Shown here one piece after another: positions 30,570-46,679 of a stretch of DNA of 64,000 nt. Numbering within the stretch: position 1 is the stretch's first letter; the number at the start of each line of letters is the position of its first letter. The position numbers and the translations under genes are program-made. The stretch is from the human T2T-CHM13v2.0 reference genome, Homo sapiens: the NCBI RefSeq assembly GCF_009914755.1, contig NC_060942.1, one strand, 5' to 3'. The notes beneath the pieces were generated by a model, which was not told where the DNA came from, did no database searches, and worked only from the letters and a program-made list of their open reading frames with translations.

Positions 30570-30907
30570 GGGTCTTCACGGCTCCTTATGATGGGCGCTA
30601 CCTGATCACGGCCACCCTCACCCCCGAGAGAGACGCCTACGTGGAAGCAGTGCTGTCGGTCTCCAACGCCAGCGTGGCCCAGCTGCATACCGCTGGGTAC
30701 AGGAGAGAGTTCCTGGAATACCACCGCCCTCCAGGAGCTTTGCATACCTGCGGGGGCCCGGGGGCATTCCACCTCATCGTGCACCTGAAGGCGGGAGATG
30801 CAGTCAACGTCGTGGTGACTGGGGGCAAGCTGGCTCACACAGACTTTGATGAAATGTACTCCACATTTAGTGGGGTTTTCTTATATCCTTTCCTTTCCCA
30901 CCTCTAA
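30570..30907 (+). CDS. EMILIN2: EMILIN-2 exon 8 coding part (gC1q domain, stop TAA)
   Basis: ccccgcag|GG acceptor; GVFTAPYDGRYLITATL...HLKAGDAVNVVV...YSTFSGVFLYPFLSHL* carries C1q-domain signature motifs. Confidence 0.97.
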
Positions 30908-31551
30908 GGTGGCTGGGGAGATGTCAGGGGAAAGATAGATAGTTGTAAAAACTCTAAAGCTTTAATATATTCGGTTTGTATGTAATGGAAGCACGGGGCT
31001 AGAGTTTCCACATAGGCCCCAACATAAAGGCCTTCCCTCGCTGTTGAGGCCACCATGCCTTACTGCATCCAGCCAGGCTGCAGGGAGTGAGGCACACGGT
31101 GAACATGGCCACTGACTTTTCTGCCACTCTAACTGGACAACTGGAAGACTTGGAAAGGCCTCCACCTGTATCTACACTCTGAGGGCCCTGGACTGGGCCT
31201 GAGCTTGCCACAGAGGCTCCGTCTGACTGTGGGCTGGGAGGAGGGAGGCAGGGGAGAGCCGGTCACGGTGGCTGGTCTTTACTGCAGGGCAGCACTGTGG
31301 CCAGCTGTCTGTCTTTACACTGCATGCAGAAGTTTAAACACTGAAGTGCCGAAGTGGCCCGTGCCGCCGCACAGAGACCCCGACTTTAGTTTGGGCTGTT
31401 CCACGCTTGGCTCACCATTGCCGCCTGGGACTTAACCTGCTCAGGCGGGCCTTCGCCCAGCTGCAAATAGGGATGCGTTAGAGACTGTTCCCAAAGCTTG
31501 TTGGGCTCCTTAAATGGCATGTACAATTTAAGTGCAAAGACAGGGAGTGTC

Positions 31552-31557
31552 AATAAA
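31552..31557 (+). terminator. EMILIN2: EMILIN2 proximal poly(A) signal
   Basis: AATAAA ~650 nt after the stop, upstream TGTA, downstream U/GU-rich TTTTGTT...GTGTGGT. Confidence 0.8.
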
Positions 31558-32842
31558 GATGGAAAGCCATTTCCAGTTAACTTTTGTTAATTTAAGTGTG
31601 GTCCCTTACAGATCGGGAGTTGTTGCTAAAAAGCAAACTGAAGAAATGTTTTGTTTCAAAAAGGGCTACAGAAAGTAACCTTGAGTAAAATTAATCTCAG
31701 CTACAAAACTGTTACCCCTCCGCATCCAAGCTATACACTTGGGTTTTGTTTCTGGCTTGTGAAGACGGACCAGATGTGCACGGAGGTCAAGGCCCCATGT
31801 CATCTGCAGCTGGAGCGGCTCCTCTGGGGATGCTGCACTCAGATCCCACAGCAGCTGCCCAGGCTAACTTGATCCCTGCTGCTTCACTGCACCAATCTCC
31901 AGCAGACACAGCTCGCCGAGCTCTTGGGTTTCTAAGCAGCAGGAAGCTCAACCTAACGCTGGCCACACGCTGACAGCTGAGCCCATCTGAGAACACGGCA
32001 TCTTCACACAGCGAGACGCCTCCACTGAGGGGAGGCCCGGGAGTATCAATCTGTCACCAGTGGCCACGGAGACCTCTCAGCACCCTTAGTTCAAGGTAGT
32101 CTCTGTGGATCAGGTTGGTAACACCTACTGGTTAATCAAGTCCCACTGGGGAAAGGTTTGGACGGTAGAATCAAGAGCTGCAGTTTCCTTGGCCCACAAG
32201 ATGCTCTTATGCTGTAAAAAAAATGCTTTAAGAATTGTTTGCAAATGAATTTACAGGGTGGCCACTGGACACTTCAGAGTTCCTATTTACTCCCCCCGCC
32301 ACAGCTAGGAAGACCAGCAAGAACTAAAGGTTTGCCGTTTTACTATTTAAAATGTGGACCTCTTTGTCCAGGAGCGGGAGGGAGAATGGCATCTCACCCC
32401 ATTACAACAGCTGGGGAACTGGCTAAAGAGAGCTGTCAGAGAGTATCCTTGGCTGTCCTAGGAATGACTCATGGAAAGCGCCCCAGTGCAGCAGTGTTTT
32501 CAGGAAAACCCAGTGGGCACGCGCCATCGCCCTCTCCTCTCCTCTCACGCTCCTTTTGAAAAGACCGCACTCGGCGCCCAAGGGGACGTGCTCAAGAGCT
32601 GCAGGGGCAGGGCCCAGGCAAAAGGTGGGTGATGACTACCTGCTGCTTTCCCTACTCCGTAGATGGGTCTGGAACATCGGGTAAAACCCAGTCCTCCTCT
32701 CAGTGCATCTCTACTCACCAACAATGGTGAATCTCAGCTCTGTGTATTCAAGACAGGCAAAACAGAATATGCCTCATTATGGCTGGAGCGTGCCTCTACT
32801 TTGAGATAAAGCTGGATGACAGGTGGATCCTGGCCCACTTAG

Positions 32843-33354
<512 letters not shown>

Positions 33355-33470
33355 TGAGAAAAGGTCAGGACACTTCTTAAGTAGAGAAGGACTGTGACAT
33401 CCCCTCCAAACCTCCATGTAACACTAACAAATGGCCTCATTTACACGATTAAAAACAAAATGGTATCGTC

Positions 33471-33476
33471 AATAAA
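33471..33476 (+). terminator. EMILIN2: EMILIN2 distal poly(A) signal
   Basis: AATAAA, with ATTAAA at 33448-33453 just upstream. Confidence 0.7.
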
Positions 33477-34514
33477 TGCAAACCTTAAACTGCATTTGAA
33501 ATTACTTCCTGGTTGGCATGTTAATCTAGCTTTCCCAGGTGACTAATTTTCTCACAATTTATGTATTTGCAGCTTGACAGGGAGTATTTGTGATTGGAGT
33601 CACTTCGTTCATGCCTGTAAGCTTGGAAACCCAGCTTTGCACATATCCAATCCACACCACAGCCCCTTTCTAAAGATAAATGTGTATTTTCCTTATGCCA
33701 TCCTATAAACGGGAAAGAAAATGGAAGGACACATGCCAACTCCAATGGGTGCGGGGCAAAACAGAGAGAAGCCACACGCAGGCACGTCCTCAGAGCTCAG
33801 GTATGCAAAGTTCACTGCTCCCCTGAAGCCCTCAAAGCTGCTCTGGGTAAAGACCATTTCCTTTGTAACCAATTTCCCTGAGCTCTTCTTTTGCATTCCC
33901 AAAGACCCATGGTTGCCATCACGTCATGCAAACAAACATTTCCATCCTGAACACACGCTCCTGTGGAGGGCCTTTGGGATGCAGGGTTCAGCATATGCTG
34001 CATCTGGTAAGGGCCCAGCAATCTGAGAGGACAAAACATCACCATGTAAGTAATATATGCGATGTGGTTTTGATCAAAGGTCACTCTGACTCTGTGATGA
34101 AAACATCAGGATTGACTGCTAAATCATACCCACCCTAAGGAAGGGTTTAAGGAAAGGTGGGGTGTCCAGGGGCTCTGGACAGGACTCCCAGGGAATTCAA
34201 GTGCTTAGGGAGAGGAGGTAAACACAGCCTCCTGGACAGCCGTGAGACCACAGCAGAAGTCACATATGGATGGGTCATTTCCTGGCAGAAGGTACAAAGC
34301 AAGAGGTTAGTTCCTGGGGGTGTAGCTGCACTTCTGAAGCCAGGTTTTAAGAATAAGCAACAAAAAGGAGCTCCTGCTGTAGACAAATTTAAGTGTCAGC
34401 AAAGATCAAGATGCTAATTTATGGAAATTACCAATTTCTGGCAAGAATCTAGAAAGATGGTTTCAATGTCCCCTGAAGAAAAGAGCCAAATGCATTCAGT
34501 TTATGTTATGTTCG

Positions 34515-34520
34515 TTTATT
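34515..34520 (-). terminator. LPIN2: LPIN2 distal poly(A) signal
   Basis: TTTATT (AATAAA on -) at the end of a ~3.3-kb AU-rich 3'UTR. Confidence 0.8.
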
Positions 34521-37500
34521 GTTGTAACATTTTGTTTTGAACATCAAACACTGCACCAAAATATTAGCCATTCATCTTGCAACAATTGCTTTACTGTAAC
34601 TAAGAGTACTGTACTGATGATGTTTACAATTAACTTTGGACAACTTAAAACTTATTAGTGACATTGCTGTCTAATAATCAAATACTTCATCATAGGCTGA
34701 ACATAATTATTAAAAGAGCAAAGTTTCCCCTCCCTTTCTTACTTTCAAACAAAACCAAAAGAGTAGTTTTCATCTGGAAAGAGCACTTACTTCAGGGAAA
34801 GACTCAATTTTTAACCAGTTTTATTAAACCCTGGAAGCTCTACAACACGGGAAAACATCAAAATTCCCCGGAAGTCTGTTTTTGCCAACTTGTAAAAAGT
34901 GAAAGAGCTGACTTCCTTGTTTATTCTTTAAAGGGTTGGCCTGCACCTGCAGTGCCAACTGTGGAAGGGCTGTGTGCAGGCCCCACAGTTGCAGGGGCTG
35001 TTCCGGGCCAGCGCTTCCCAGTCATCCAATCTCCTTTGTCCCTCGGTTGTTCTGTGACTTTGAGCAGCTTTCATTTTAGGACATCCCATTTTTAAGTTTT
35101 TTCTTTTTCCAGTTGAAAACTATGCAGATGTTTTTAGACAGAGCAAAACACAACACAGTACCCAAAAACGGAGGCAGCCTGCATGCTCCAGGTCTACACG
35201 AGCACCTCACAGCCTGACAAGGGGCAGACAGCAACTCACACGGGACGAGCTTCAGCACACAGACAGCAAAGCAAATACGAGACTTAGACTGAACTGCAAA
35301 GAGGGAAAGGGCCATTTCACCAATGGAGTAACTGAGAGAATAATGACTTAGAGCCCAATCTGCCTGCCATCTCCCTGAGCCGTCACCCGTCACTGAAGAT
35401 AGCGCGAGGGTGATGCTTCAACTCACCATCCTAAGGGTTTGTGTACAAACACACTCGAGGGCATCTCTTTCACAGAAAGAACAAATGTCATTTGTACCAA
35501 ATGGCAATGGATTTTCAGCACAAACTTAATACTTTCCTAACACTACAGCAATAGTAATCATCTACTTTCAGCAAGAGGGACTCCTTTAAACAAGGAAAAA
35601 GACTCACATTAATTAGCCTATGTACCCACTGGATCAATCTGCAGCAACAAAGTCTAGTGCTAGCAGACACAGGGACAGAGGGACCAGCTACCCTCAACAC
35701 AGGGCCAGGAGAGCCGGGTCCTAGACTGAACCCTCTAAGAAGGCCCATGTGTCCAAAGAGAAGAGCTGTCAAGAAAAAGAAACTAGTCAAAAACTCTTTA
35801 AAGGACAACCTAAAAAGGATTAAAGATGTATATTAAGATTTTTCAGTACCATACATATGCAAAGAAGTCCTACTATAAGCTCAGTTAAACACACAAAGCT
35901 CTCATTCTTCCTCTAAATAGAAGGTAGTCAAGAGGACACACAGATGGCATCTATGAAATAAGGTGGCTGCATGGCTGCTGTACTAGAATTCACAAACTGG
36001 GAAGAACTTCATATAAACAGAACCCAGGATCCCTAACCTACTGTAGATAAATAAACTCATTAAACAATTAGTCCTTATCAACTATTTAAGCTGGGGGAAG
36101 CTTTGCATGGGAGAAGGCTCATGTGGTCCCTTCTCTGGGAACATGAGCCTTCCTAGGTTTTGCCACTGAGAACTGTGTTTAGGGGATTTCAACATTGTCT
36201 CTGCATCCGACAAGCACTAGGAAAATGGCTGAAATCAGTCAGGGACTTTCAACTCTCCAATCTGGAAAAATAACCACCCCTATTTCTCTATCTCTAGATC
36301 AGCATTATTTTAGGTGAAGCAAACTAAAACATGTAGAGGTTCCACTACAACGGCAGGGGCATGAAGAGTTGGCCACGAGACCACCCCGAGCGCCAAGCCT
36401 GTATCTGCAGATCCCTCTCTGCTCAGGAACCACCACGTCCTGTGTTCTCGCCAATGGAGACCAAGACCTGGGGTTGGTTCTGGGCTCCTGACAGTTCTCT
36501 TGATGTTAAGAGTGCAGCTCTGTCAACACTCAGCATACCAAAAGCTCTGGAGCAGCTTATGGCACACCTTTCCCTGGTGCCATCTCTTCAGACACGATGT
36601 GAGCTCATTACAACCGCATCAGTAAATGGAGCTACCATGTATATTTTAGTGAAAATACATAGGCACCCGTGTCCCCATGGGGTCTCACAGGGCTAGGCTG
36701 GGGACACTGCTCGGGGGGCAGTCTGCTCCATAGGAGCTCCAAGACCCCTCTTTGACGCTGCTTCCACGGGCCCGATTACAGGGTGTGATCCCAAAAGCCA
36801 AAGTCACACACTGCTGGCCAGTGCCTTTAAGCAAGCTTCACTGTGCTTCCCTGACAAATCTGAATCACAGAATTTTAGAAATCCTGTCCCAAGGCAAGAT
36901 GCTTTCCAAAGGCCCACACCAGGCAGCAAGCAGAGGGATTCAGCGCTCTTCCCAGGACCCCACTCAACCGCCTATCTGCATTTCGGAGGCCTCCCTAAAA
37001 GCAGAGTTGTTGGGGGCGGGGCGGGGTTTGGTCTGTTTTAAGACCCACCTTCCCACTTTTATTACAGACATCAAATATATACTTGTGAGACCTGTTCTTC
37101 TGGTGAGGTCTAAGAAATTAAGGGCTCGTGGAGTTGTCACAGATGAGAGGAGGATGCTCTGTGGGGATCTTTCCCCAAAGAGGGCCAGGTTTATGGGACT
37201 GGGCTCAGTGGCTCTGGTGCATGGGCCCTGCAGGGGCGGGGGTCCTGCCCAACTTGGCCCACTGGAGCAGCTGACCCCTTCAGTGTAGCAGGGAATGAGG
37301 CGACCAGAGAAGAAACGTGCACAGGCAGCTTCAGCCAGCATCACTGACTGGGCCCGCAGCAGTTCAGGGACCCTGACATCTGAAGACAGCCCTGGTTACA
37401 GAAGCCACCTCAACTGCCCAGTGGAAACTGGAACACTTCACTGTGTGCAGTGTTTTGGTCCACTCTTTTTTAGCTGCTTTTTTCTTCCTTTAAAATGATG

Positions 37501-37793
37501 CAATGGAAGGAGGCCCCAGCTCACAGCAGGAAACATGTGTGCGACCCACAAAGGAGGGATCCCAGGCCTCCAGCCCCAGGCCCAGTTCCTCCCTTCTCCT
37601 TCCAGGAGCTGAGCTGCAGACCTGCCGAGCCTGAGCAGCTGGCCTGGGAAGGCAAAGGAGGATGGCGGGACCAGCTCCAGAAGCACCCGTCCCCGCTGGG
37701 GAAGGCTGGTATCTGAGGTCAGCAGAAGAGCCAGCTGCCTTCCCTTGCTGTGGGGAGGGGGACCAAGCCCTGCCCACCCACTGAGGTGCCACC

Positions 37794-37976
<183 letters not shown>

Positions 37977-38277
37977 TCAAGATCGGTCAAAGGCACAAGA
38001 TGGGGGGCTGTGAAGCTGTCACTCAGATTGCTCAGGTGGGCAGGTTCAGAGGCAGGCCTCAGTCCCATCACAGGGCTCAAACTCCCTCTTACAAGTCTAG
38101 GATAACCAGAGACCCCTCAAACAGATATTGTGAAAGAGAGATACCCACAGAGGAGATGTAGCTGATCCTTTGATCAGGGCCTGATCTCAAGGATCAGGGG
38201 GAAAAGGACAGGGTCTGTCTGTCCCCAACTGTACCCCTGGCTGCAGGGCGCCGGGCTGAGAGCTGAGAATGTACTTA

Positions 38278-38439
<162 letters not shown>

Positions 38440-38967
38440 TCAGGCTCCTTGTGAGCCAGAAGCACTGCACAGACAGACTCGACAGAAAACATGCGGAGGC
38501 GGCACAGTGCAGTTGCCACCAAAACTGAGCTTTAGACAAACCTAAACTACAGAGTGGTGCTTGGAGAGTCAGAAAACTTGGGCAGCCACCAAGGGGAAGC
38601 CAGGGTCCCTGGCGCAGAAGAGGCCAGAGAGGCCACATCTTCTGCACACCTGAGGCCCGATGGCCCTGCAGAAGGGAGGCAGGTTGGGAAGTGCTAGCGA
38701 AGGGCCAGCACTGACCCTGGCTCTGGGGTGATCCAAGGACGCAGCTCAGAACTGCTTAGAAGAGGAGCCGGAGCTGCCTGAGGAAATGGAATGGCAGCCA
38801 CAGAAACGATGGAAAAGCGTCCTTCGTATAAATTCTGGGGCAGATCTGCACCTGCAGGACCTCCCCAGTTGCTATAGATATTTGGAATAGATCAAGTGAA
38901 AACCGAACAAGCAGAACAGATGCCTCATTTTGCTTACAAAACTGCTCTGAGAATTGGGACGTGGCTA

Positions 38968-39171
<204 letters not shown>

Positions 39172-39547
39172 TCACCAATCTCAAAATGGTCGTTTTCCCC
39201 AGTGAGTGGTCCTAAAATTTTAGTGCTCACAACCACCCAATTTCTTCAACCCTTTGTAACTGGAATCTTTCCTTCTCCTCCTTTGCCAGTCTGATAACTA
39301 AGAAAATTTGAGTGATGAAGTTTAGGGAAGGAGAAAACTTGACGGTTCCTAGAACCTGCCTTTCTTCACCAGGCCCGCCACATGGCAAGTGAGCAGTATG
39401 TGGTAGGACACCACCAGGGACCAAAGAACTGGGAGAGGCGTGGCGGCTCCAACATCTGACTTCTGTTCCCACACATCCCCCCACCTTGGGCCCAGCCCCG
39501 CCCACATGCTGGGGCGGTGGGCAGAGGGCTGCCTGCCGGAGAGGTAC

Positions 39548-39700
39548 CTGTGGAAGGCGGAGAACAAGCTGCTGGGGGACAGCATCAGGGGGCCCCGGGG
39601 CAAGATTGTGCCCTTGTCATTGACCCAGTGCAGGTAGCCACGGGTCATGTCAGCCATGCCGATGGCACGAGCCGAGCAGTACAGAAACTTGTAGCCATTC
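39548..39700 (-). CDS. LPIN2: Lipin-2 exon 17
   Basis: 153 nt; [50 protein letters not shown]. Confidence 0.97.
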
Positions 39701-39704
39701 CTGA

Positions 39705-40078
<374 letters not shown>

Positions 40079-40639
40079 ATACTTTTCTTTTAAAAGATCC
40101 AAATAAACTTCCTCTCATTTACTGTGAAAACCAAATTCTCAAATTTAGCAGGAAACTGCTTAGGATTATAGAGGTTTCACCTTCCATGGAAAACGTGGGA
40201 AAAAAATGGAGGTACAGGCAACTAAGGATTATGTTAAGTTTGTAAGTACTGATATAAAATGTTCAGCATCTAGTCCATGAAAGCCAGATTAGAGGACAGA
40301 AAAAACCTTGGACTATCTTTAAATTACCCACTGTGAAGAAAAAATATAGGGGATATTATTTATAAAGGCAATGTGCAAGATGCAAACCACTCCATCAGAC
40401 AAGAAGCAAAATTATACCCAGGTAACTGACATATTCGTAATTTTCATATTATGGTATTCTCAACTAATGCTGAAGACACTGAGATTCTTCAGATCAATAT
40501 AATATATGTATTAGGAACCCACAAACGCCATGGCACGGCTATCTTCCCCTCAAAGGGTGCCCCAAGAGAGAGCAGCCCATGCAAGAACTATTTCCCTCAT
40601 GCATGCGTGCACTATCTACTCAAAGAAATACAATTTTAA

Positions 40640-40955
<316 letters not shown>

Positions 40956-41276
40956 AAAATACCCAGAAAATAAACCAAAAATGAAAATCAGCTATCTTAT
41001 TAAATTCTAGCTAAAAAAATAACTGTCATTCTAGTTATAGATGTAGGTAGTGCCTGAAACACAGCACTGTGAGGATTAACTGAGATGACACAGGTTCGAT
41101 GCCAATGCCAGGTGCACACGGCTCCCACACCATCAACAGGAAAGGAGTGAGGAAGAGCGGGAATGCTTCAGCATAAACACATGACTCATGTGGACTGAAG
41201 ACTTACACCATTGTTCTATAGTTCTTAAAGCAAGCTTCCAGCTCACCAGAGCGAGTTAACGTGGGGAGGGTACCTA

Positions 41277-41669
<393 letters not shown>

Positions 41670-41899
41670 CTAATCTTTCCAAAAGTGATTTTTGACATTT
41701 GTTATGCACCCTCACCATCTCCTCCATGCAAAAAAATGACCCCATGTGGACTGTACTGGGGACGCCTCAGAGCATATGGCTTATAAAATGCCTTGGCTGA
41801 GGGCTTCGAGCCCCAGGTGAGGAACTCCCCACCACACACTGCCTGCCCCTCCCTGAGCACGGGGCTGTTCCTTGCCACCCACCTGAAGGATTGAGCTTA

Positions 41900-42052
<153 letters not shown>

Positions 42053-42714
42053 TTAAAAAAGCATAAGAATAAAGAAAATCAGCTGAAAACATAGTTTGAA
42101 ACGATTTAAAAATTTACAGAACAACTGGTGTCTCGGAATCCCAACAAGAGGCAGGATGGTTTCCGGGGTCTTAGACACAGCCCACCCTGTGCCCAGCGCA
42201 GCTGACAATGCTGAGGGAGCCACTGCCTGAACAGTATTTTGGGGTTCCAGGGACTTCTCTGAACACCCACAAAGCAAAAGGTCTACTACTCTTACTCCAC
42301 ACCTGAGAATTACTGCTTTAGCCACAGCCTGCTCTGGTCCCAGCAAGACCTTTTCATACCGAAAATGGGTCAAAGGCAGGGTGTAAAATAAGAGGAGAAA
42401 TTGTGTCTAAAATGTCATTTCTCTATTGCTGTGGCTCCTAAGAGACAGTACCTGGCTCAGCGCTGGGTTAGCTGTGTACGACTGACTCTCAAGAGATGGA
42501 GGAAGGAGGTCTGGGGTGGGTGGCAGGACCCAAGCCACAGGTTCCCCAGGTGGGCCTGATAGCTCTTGGGGGCGGCGGTCGTGGTTCCACTGTGGATAGG
42601 CATTGACACGACCATGCCGTGTGGCGTGTATGCAGCTGGGGACGTGTGGACAGAAGAGGATGTGCATCAAATTAAACCATTACTAAAATAAGTCCTACTG
42701 GACAACACAGATCA

Positions 42715-42960
<246 letters not shown>

Positions 42961-43226
42961 CTAAATCTTTTCTAGGAATGGGTAGAGTTATCCCTTCTGC
43001 CATTCTCCCATATCCACAGCTCTGTACGCCTGAAATATTCATATTGTTAACTGATAAGGCCACTTTCATAACTGGCAAGCACTTACTTTCTGACTATGAC
43101 CTGCTATTTTCTGCTATGCCCAGTGAATGCTAGAAGGTCTACTGACTCTTGTTGAAGAGGGTATGTATGTTTCACAAGGCACAAATCAAAGAAAACATAA
43201 TCGCTTACAATGATTTAACAAACTCC

Positions 43227-43630
43227 GGCTGGGTGCGGTGCCTCACACCTGTAATCCCAACACTTTGGGAGGCCGAGTTAGGAGGACACCTTGAGCCCAG
43301 GAGTTTGAGACCAGCCTGGGCAACATAGGGAGACCCAGTTTCTACGGAACATTTAAAAATTAGCCAGGGGTAGTGACACTTGTCTGTGGTCCTAACTACT
43401 TGGGAGGCTGAGGCAGGAGGACTGCTTGAGCCCAGGAGTTTGAGACCAGCCTGGGCAACACAGCAAGACCCTGTCTCTACAAAATACAAATTTAAAAATT
43501 AGCCAGGCATGGTGTCCCACACCTGTAGTCCCAGCTACTTAGGAGGCCGAGGCAGGATCGCATGAGCCGAGGAGCTATGATTATGCCATTGCACCCCAGC
43601 CTGAGTGACACAGTGAGACTCTAGAAAAAA
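43227..43630 (+). mobile_element. Trimeric AluJ-like element
   Basis: The block GAGCCCAGGAGTTTGAGACCAGCCTGGGCAACA...TTTAAAAATTAGCCAGG occurs twice before the terminal right arm. Confidence 0.85.
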
Positions 43631-44196
43631 ACAAAAACTAGTAAGAAAAATTTTAGACACCCCTTAAAAGATATAGGATGGGGGGCGGTAAGGGGCAAGA
43701 AAATAAACCCTCAGCCTTAGACACTAAATGAGACAGCCAAGGGCTGGGAGAAGCAAGCATGCACTGGCCGGGGGAGGTGGACAGGCAGAAGCAGGAACAC
43801 GGCGTATCGCGAGCAACTCCTCTCAGGGCTGCTCACCCTAACTGTCCAAAGAATGCTGTTTCTTCCAGGAAAGGAAACCCACCCAAGCCAACCTGGAGAT
43901 TATTTTTTATGTCTCCCTTTGGCTCCGGATGGGATGCAGGGGGAGCAGAGGCACCTGGGCCAACACAGCTGAAGCGTTCCTCACGGCCCCTTCCCATACG
44001 CTGGCGCCACGGCTCCACAAGGAGGCAGGGTATTTATTTTTCTAAGCTGGTGATGTTTTTAGAAAAGCAGTTGTCATCTGCTGAGTGGCACAAATATATC
44101 ACAGCATGTAGTATCTGCAGAAGATACTCCCAAGAACTAAACAAGCTGCCAAAATCAACTTAGAAGTAATGGCCCTGCTAGAGGGCCTGAGTGCTA

Positions 44197-44427
<231 letters not shown>

Positions 44428-44914
44428 TCAAAAACCAGACTTTCTCTATTCTGAGCCAAAGAATTAGAAACCTAAGACAGAAGTCATGTGCTTCTATGCA
44501 AATCACTGTCCCTACAGACCCAGAAGGAAAACATTTTAAGAGCACCATTTCAAGTCACAAAACATAATACAAGCGACCCAAACTTGTTAGGTCCCCAGCT
44601 TCCTTCTCCTCCTGGGAGTAACTCACCACGTGCAGAAGGGACTGAAAGGCAGCCCCCTTGCTGACGTGGACATGAACTTGGTTCAGGCAAGACTTCCCTT
44701 CTGACATTTGAAAAACAGGTGAGAACTCCCTGAACCCTCTTTTTCAGAAGGTGTTGGGGAAAAAAAGACTTGCTCTGCTGCTTGTTTAGTATGGTTCTCT
44801 GGATGAATTTCTATGGAGACCTGGTGGAACAGATTCTGGTTATTTGCATCTGGAACTATGCAGGCAGACGATAACCTTCTGCTCCTATCTGATAGGTAAT
44901 ACAGTGAAGCAGAA

Positions 44915-45100
44915 AGAGCACAGGCTCTGGAGTCAGACTCAAGGTCTTGCCCCAGCTCCGTCTCTCACCAGTTATGTGACTTCGTGAAGCACCCAAGTTT
45001 CCTTACCTGTGAAATGGCAACTCGAACATCTCTAGTGCTGAGCTACAGTAAAGGACCACTTGGGACAACACCTGCACGTCCTAAGTGCTCAAAAATGGAA
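44915..45100 (+). mobile_element. MIR
   Basis: GGCTCTGGAGTCAGAC...CCCAGCTCC...TGTGAC...AGTTTCCTTACCTGTGAAATGG core. Confidence 0.7.
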
Positions 45101-45223
45101 ACTGCTATATGGTAAAATAGCCCTATACAGTCCAAATTCCTGTGCCTGACAAAAAGGTTTTTTGAATAAATGAAAGATTCATTTCTTTCAGCCCACGGAA
45201 ACAATGACCTCTAGGTCTGTTAC

Positions 45224-45313
45224 CTGTTTGGTCATGCTTTCTCTCTTTCGCCAAAACCACCAGCGACCAGATTTCTTTGGCATCTTGTCTTTCACCCAGG
45301 ACTCAACTGTGGC
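45224..45313 (-). CDS. LPIN2: Lipin-2 exon 12
   Basis: 90 nt; [30 protein letters not shown]. Confidence 0.95.
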
Positions 45314-46092
45314 CTGAAAACAACCAACCTGGGTTAGTCTGGGCAATCTACTGGCCACACAGCACCTACCTTCTATGCTAGCCTGAAGGACGGGGCCTTA
45401 CTATGGAATGTGAGAACGTGACCGATGCTCTCTTCACACCTCCCAGATTCCTCTAGCGTTTTTAACACCTCTGAGAGACAGACCCCGTCCTGCTTTCATG
45501 GCAGCACAGCTCTGTGGCATGAGACCAGGCGGTCTGCTATGTAGGACCTTAGGGGCTGACAGGTGGGCAAATCTCATTTATCTATCTTTGGAAAATGTGG
45601 TTCTCATGAGTTAAGAGGACCAACTAGGCTGATGATGTCTTCTTGGGGGACAGATTAAAAACCAATTGTGAGTTTGTATATAACAGGTATGTTAGCCACC
45701 ATCTGCCCTAACCACACTGATGTCAAGCTTCTCTTGGCTACATCACCTTCTTCTTGCTGCTTCTTCCCATATTAATGGGAGAAAAAGTTTTTTTCATTCA
45801 TTCCATATTTAACTTATGATTAGTAAAATCTCTCAACTTTTACAGACCATCAGAAACTAGTATTTATGTCTAATAAAAATGAAATAAAGAAGTGGCAGCC
45901 CTGCTAATTTCCCAGAGTTTGGGCATGAGATATTTTTAGTGGGTACATATGACTTTGATCTTTTATATTAAATATTAAGCTCAAGTAAAACTTTGAATAG
46001 TACCCAGTTCAGAAATATGCACATATGGATTTGTGTAAGTACTAGACACTGCGGATGCTTTCGGAAAGGCAGCAGATGGTGGATCGCCTCAC

Positions 46093-46162
46093 CTTAGGCA
46101 AGCTCTTCTGGAATACTTGCAAGCTAAGGATCATGGGAGCTGCCAAAGCCCAGTTATAGTAA
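46093..46162 (-). CDS. LPIN2: Lipin-2 exon 11 (M-Lip domain)
   Basis: 70 nt; [23 protein letters not shown]. Confidence 0.95.
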
Positions 46163-46565
46163 CTGTGAGAAACAAAAATTGTGCAAAACCATTACACAGT
46201 GAAAGTGAGCAAGAGAGAGGGGAGGGAATCAGGGAGGGAGGGAGGAGGGAAGTGACATATAAAATTGCTTATTCTTTTCAATAAAGATGATCAGCTGAAT
46301 TTTTTGTCACATGAATAACCTTCGCTTCAAGCACAACTTCTCTGAACAGAGAAGCCGTAAAATCTATCAAACAGAGTAACATTTCAATGCTTCTTTTAAA
46401 AATAAAATTGAAGCTTTACTTTCACTTCAAAGTCATTGCCCACTGGCTAATTTATATGAGATGACAAGTTTTATAAGAAGGAACACTTTTATAAGTAACA
46501 GTTAAAAATGGCACTTGTAAAAAAACTGCAAGAGTATTTAACAATTATAAAAGCAGGAGTATTTA

Positions 46566-46679
<114 letters not shown>

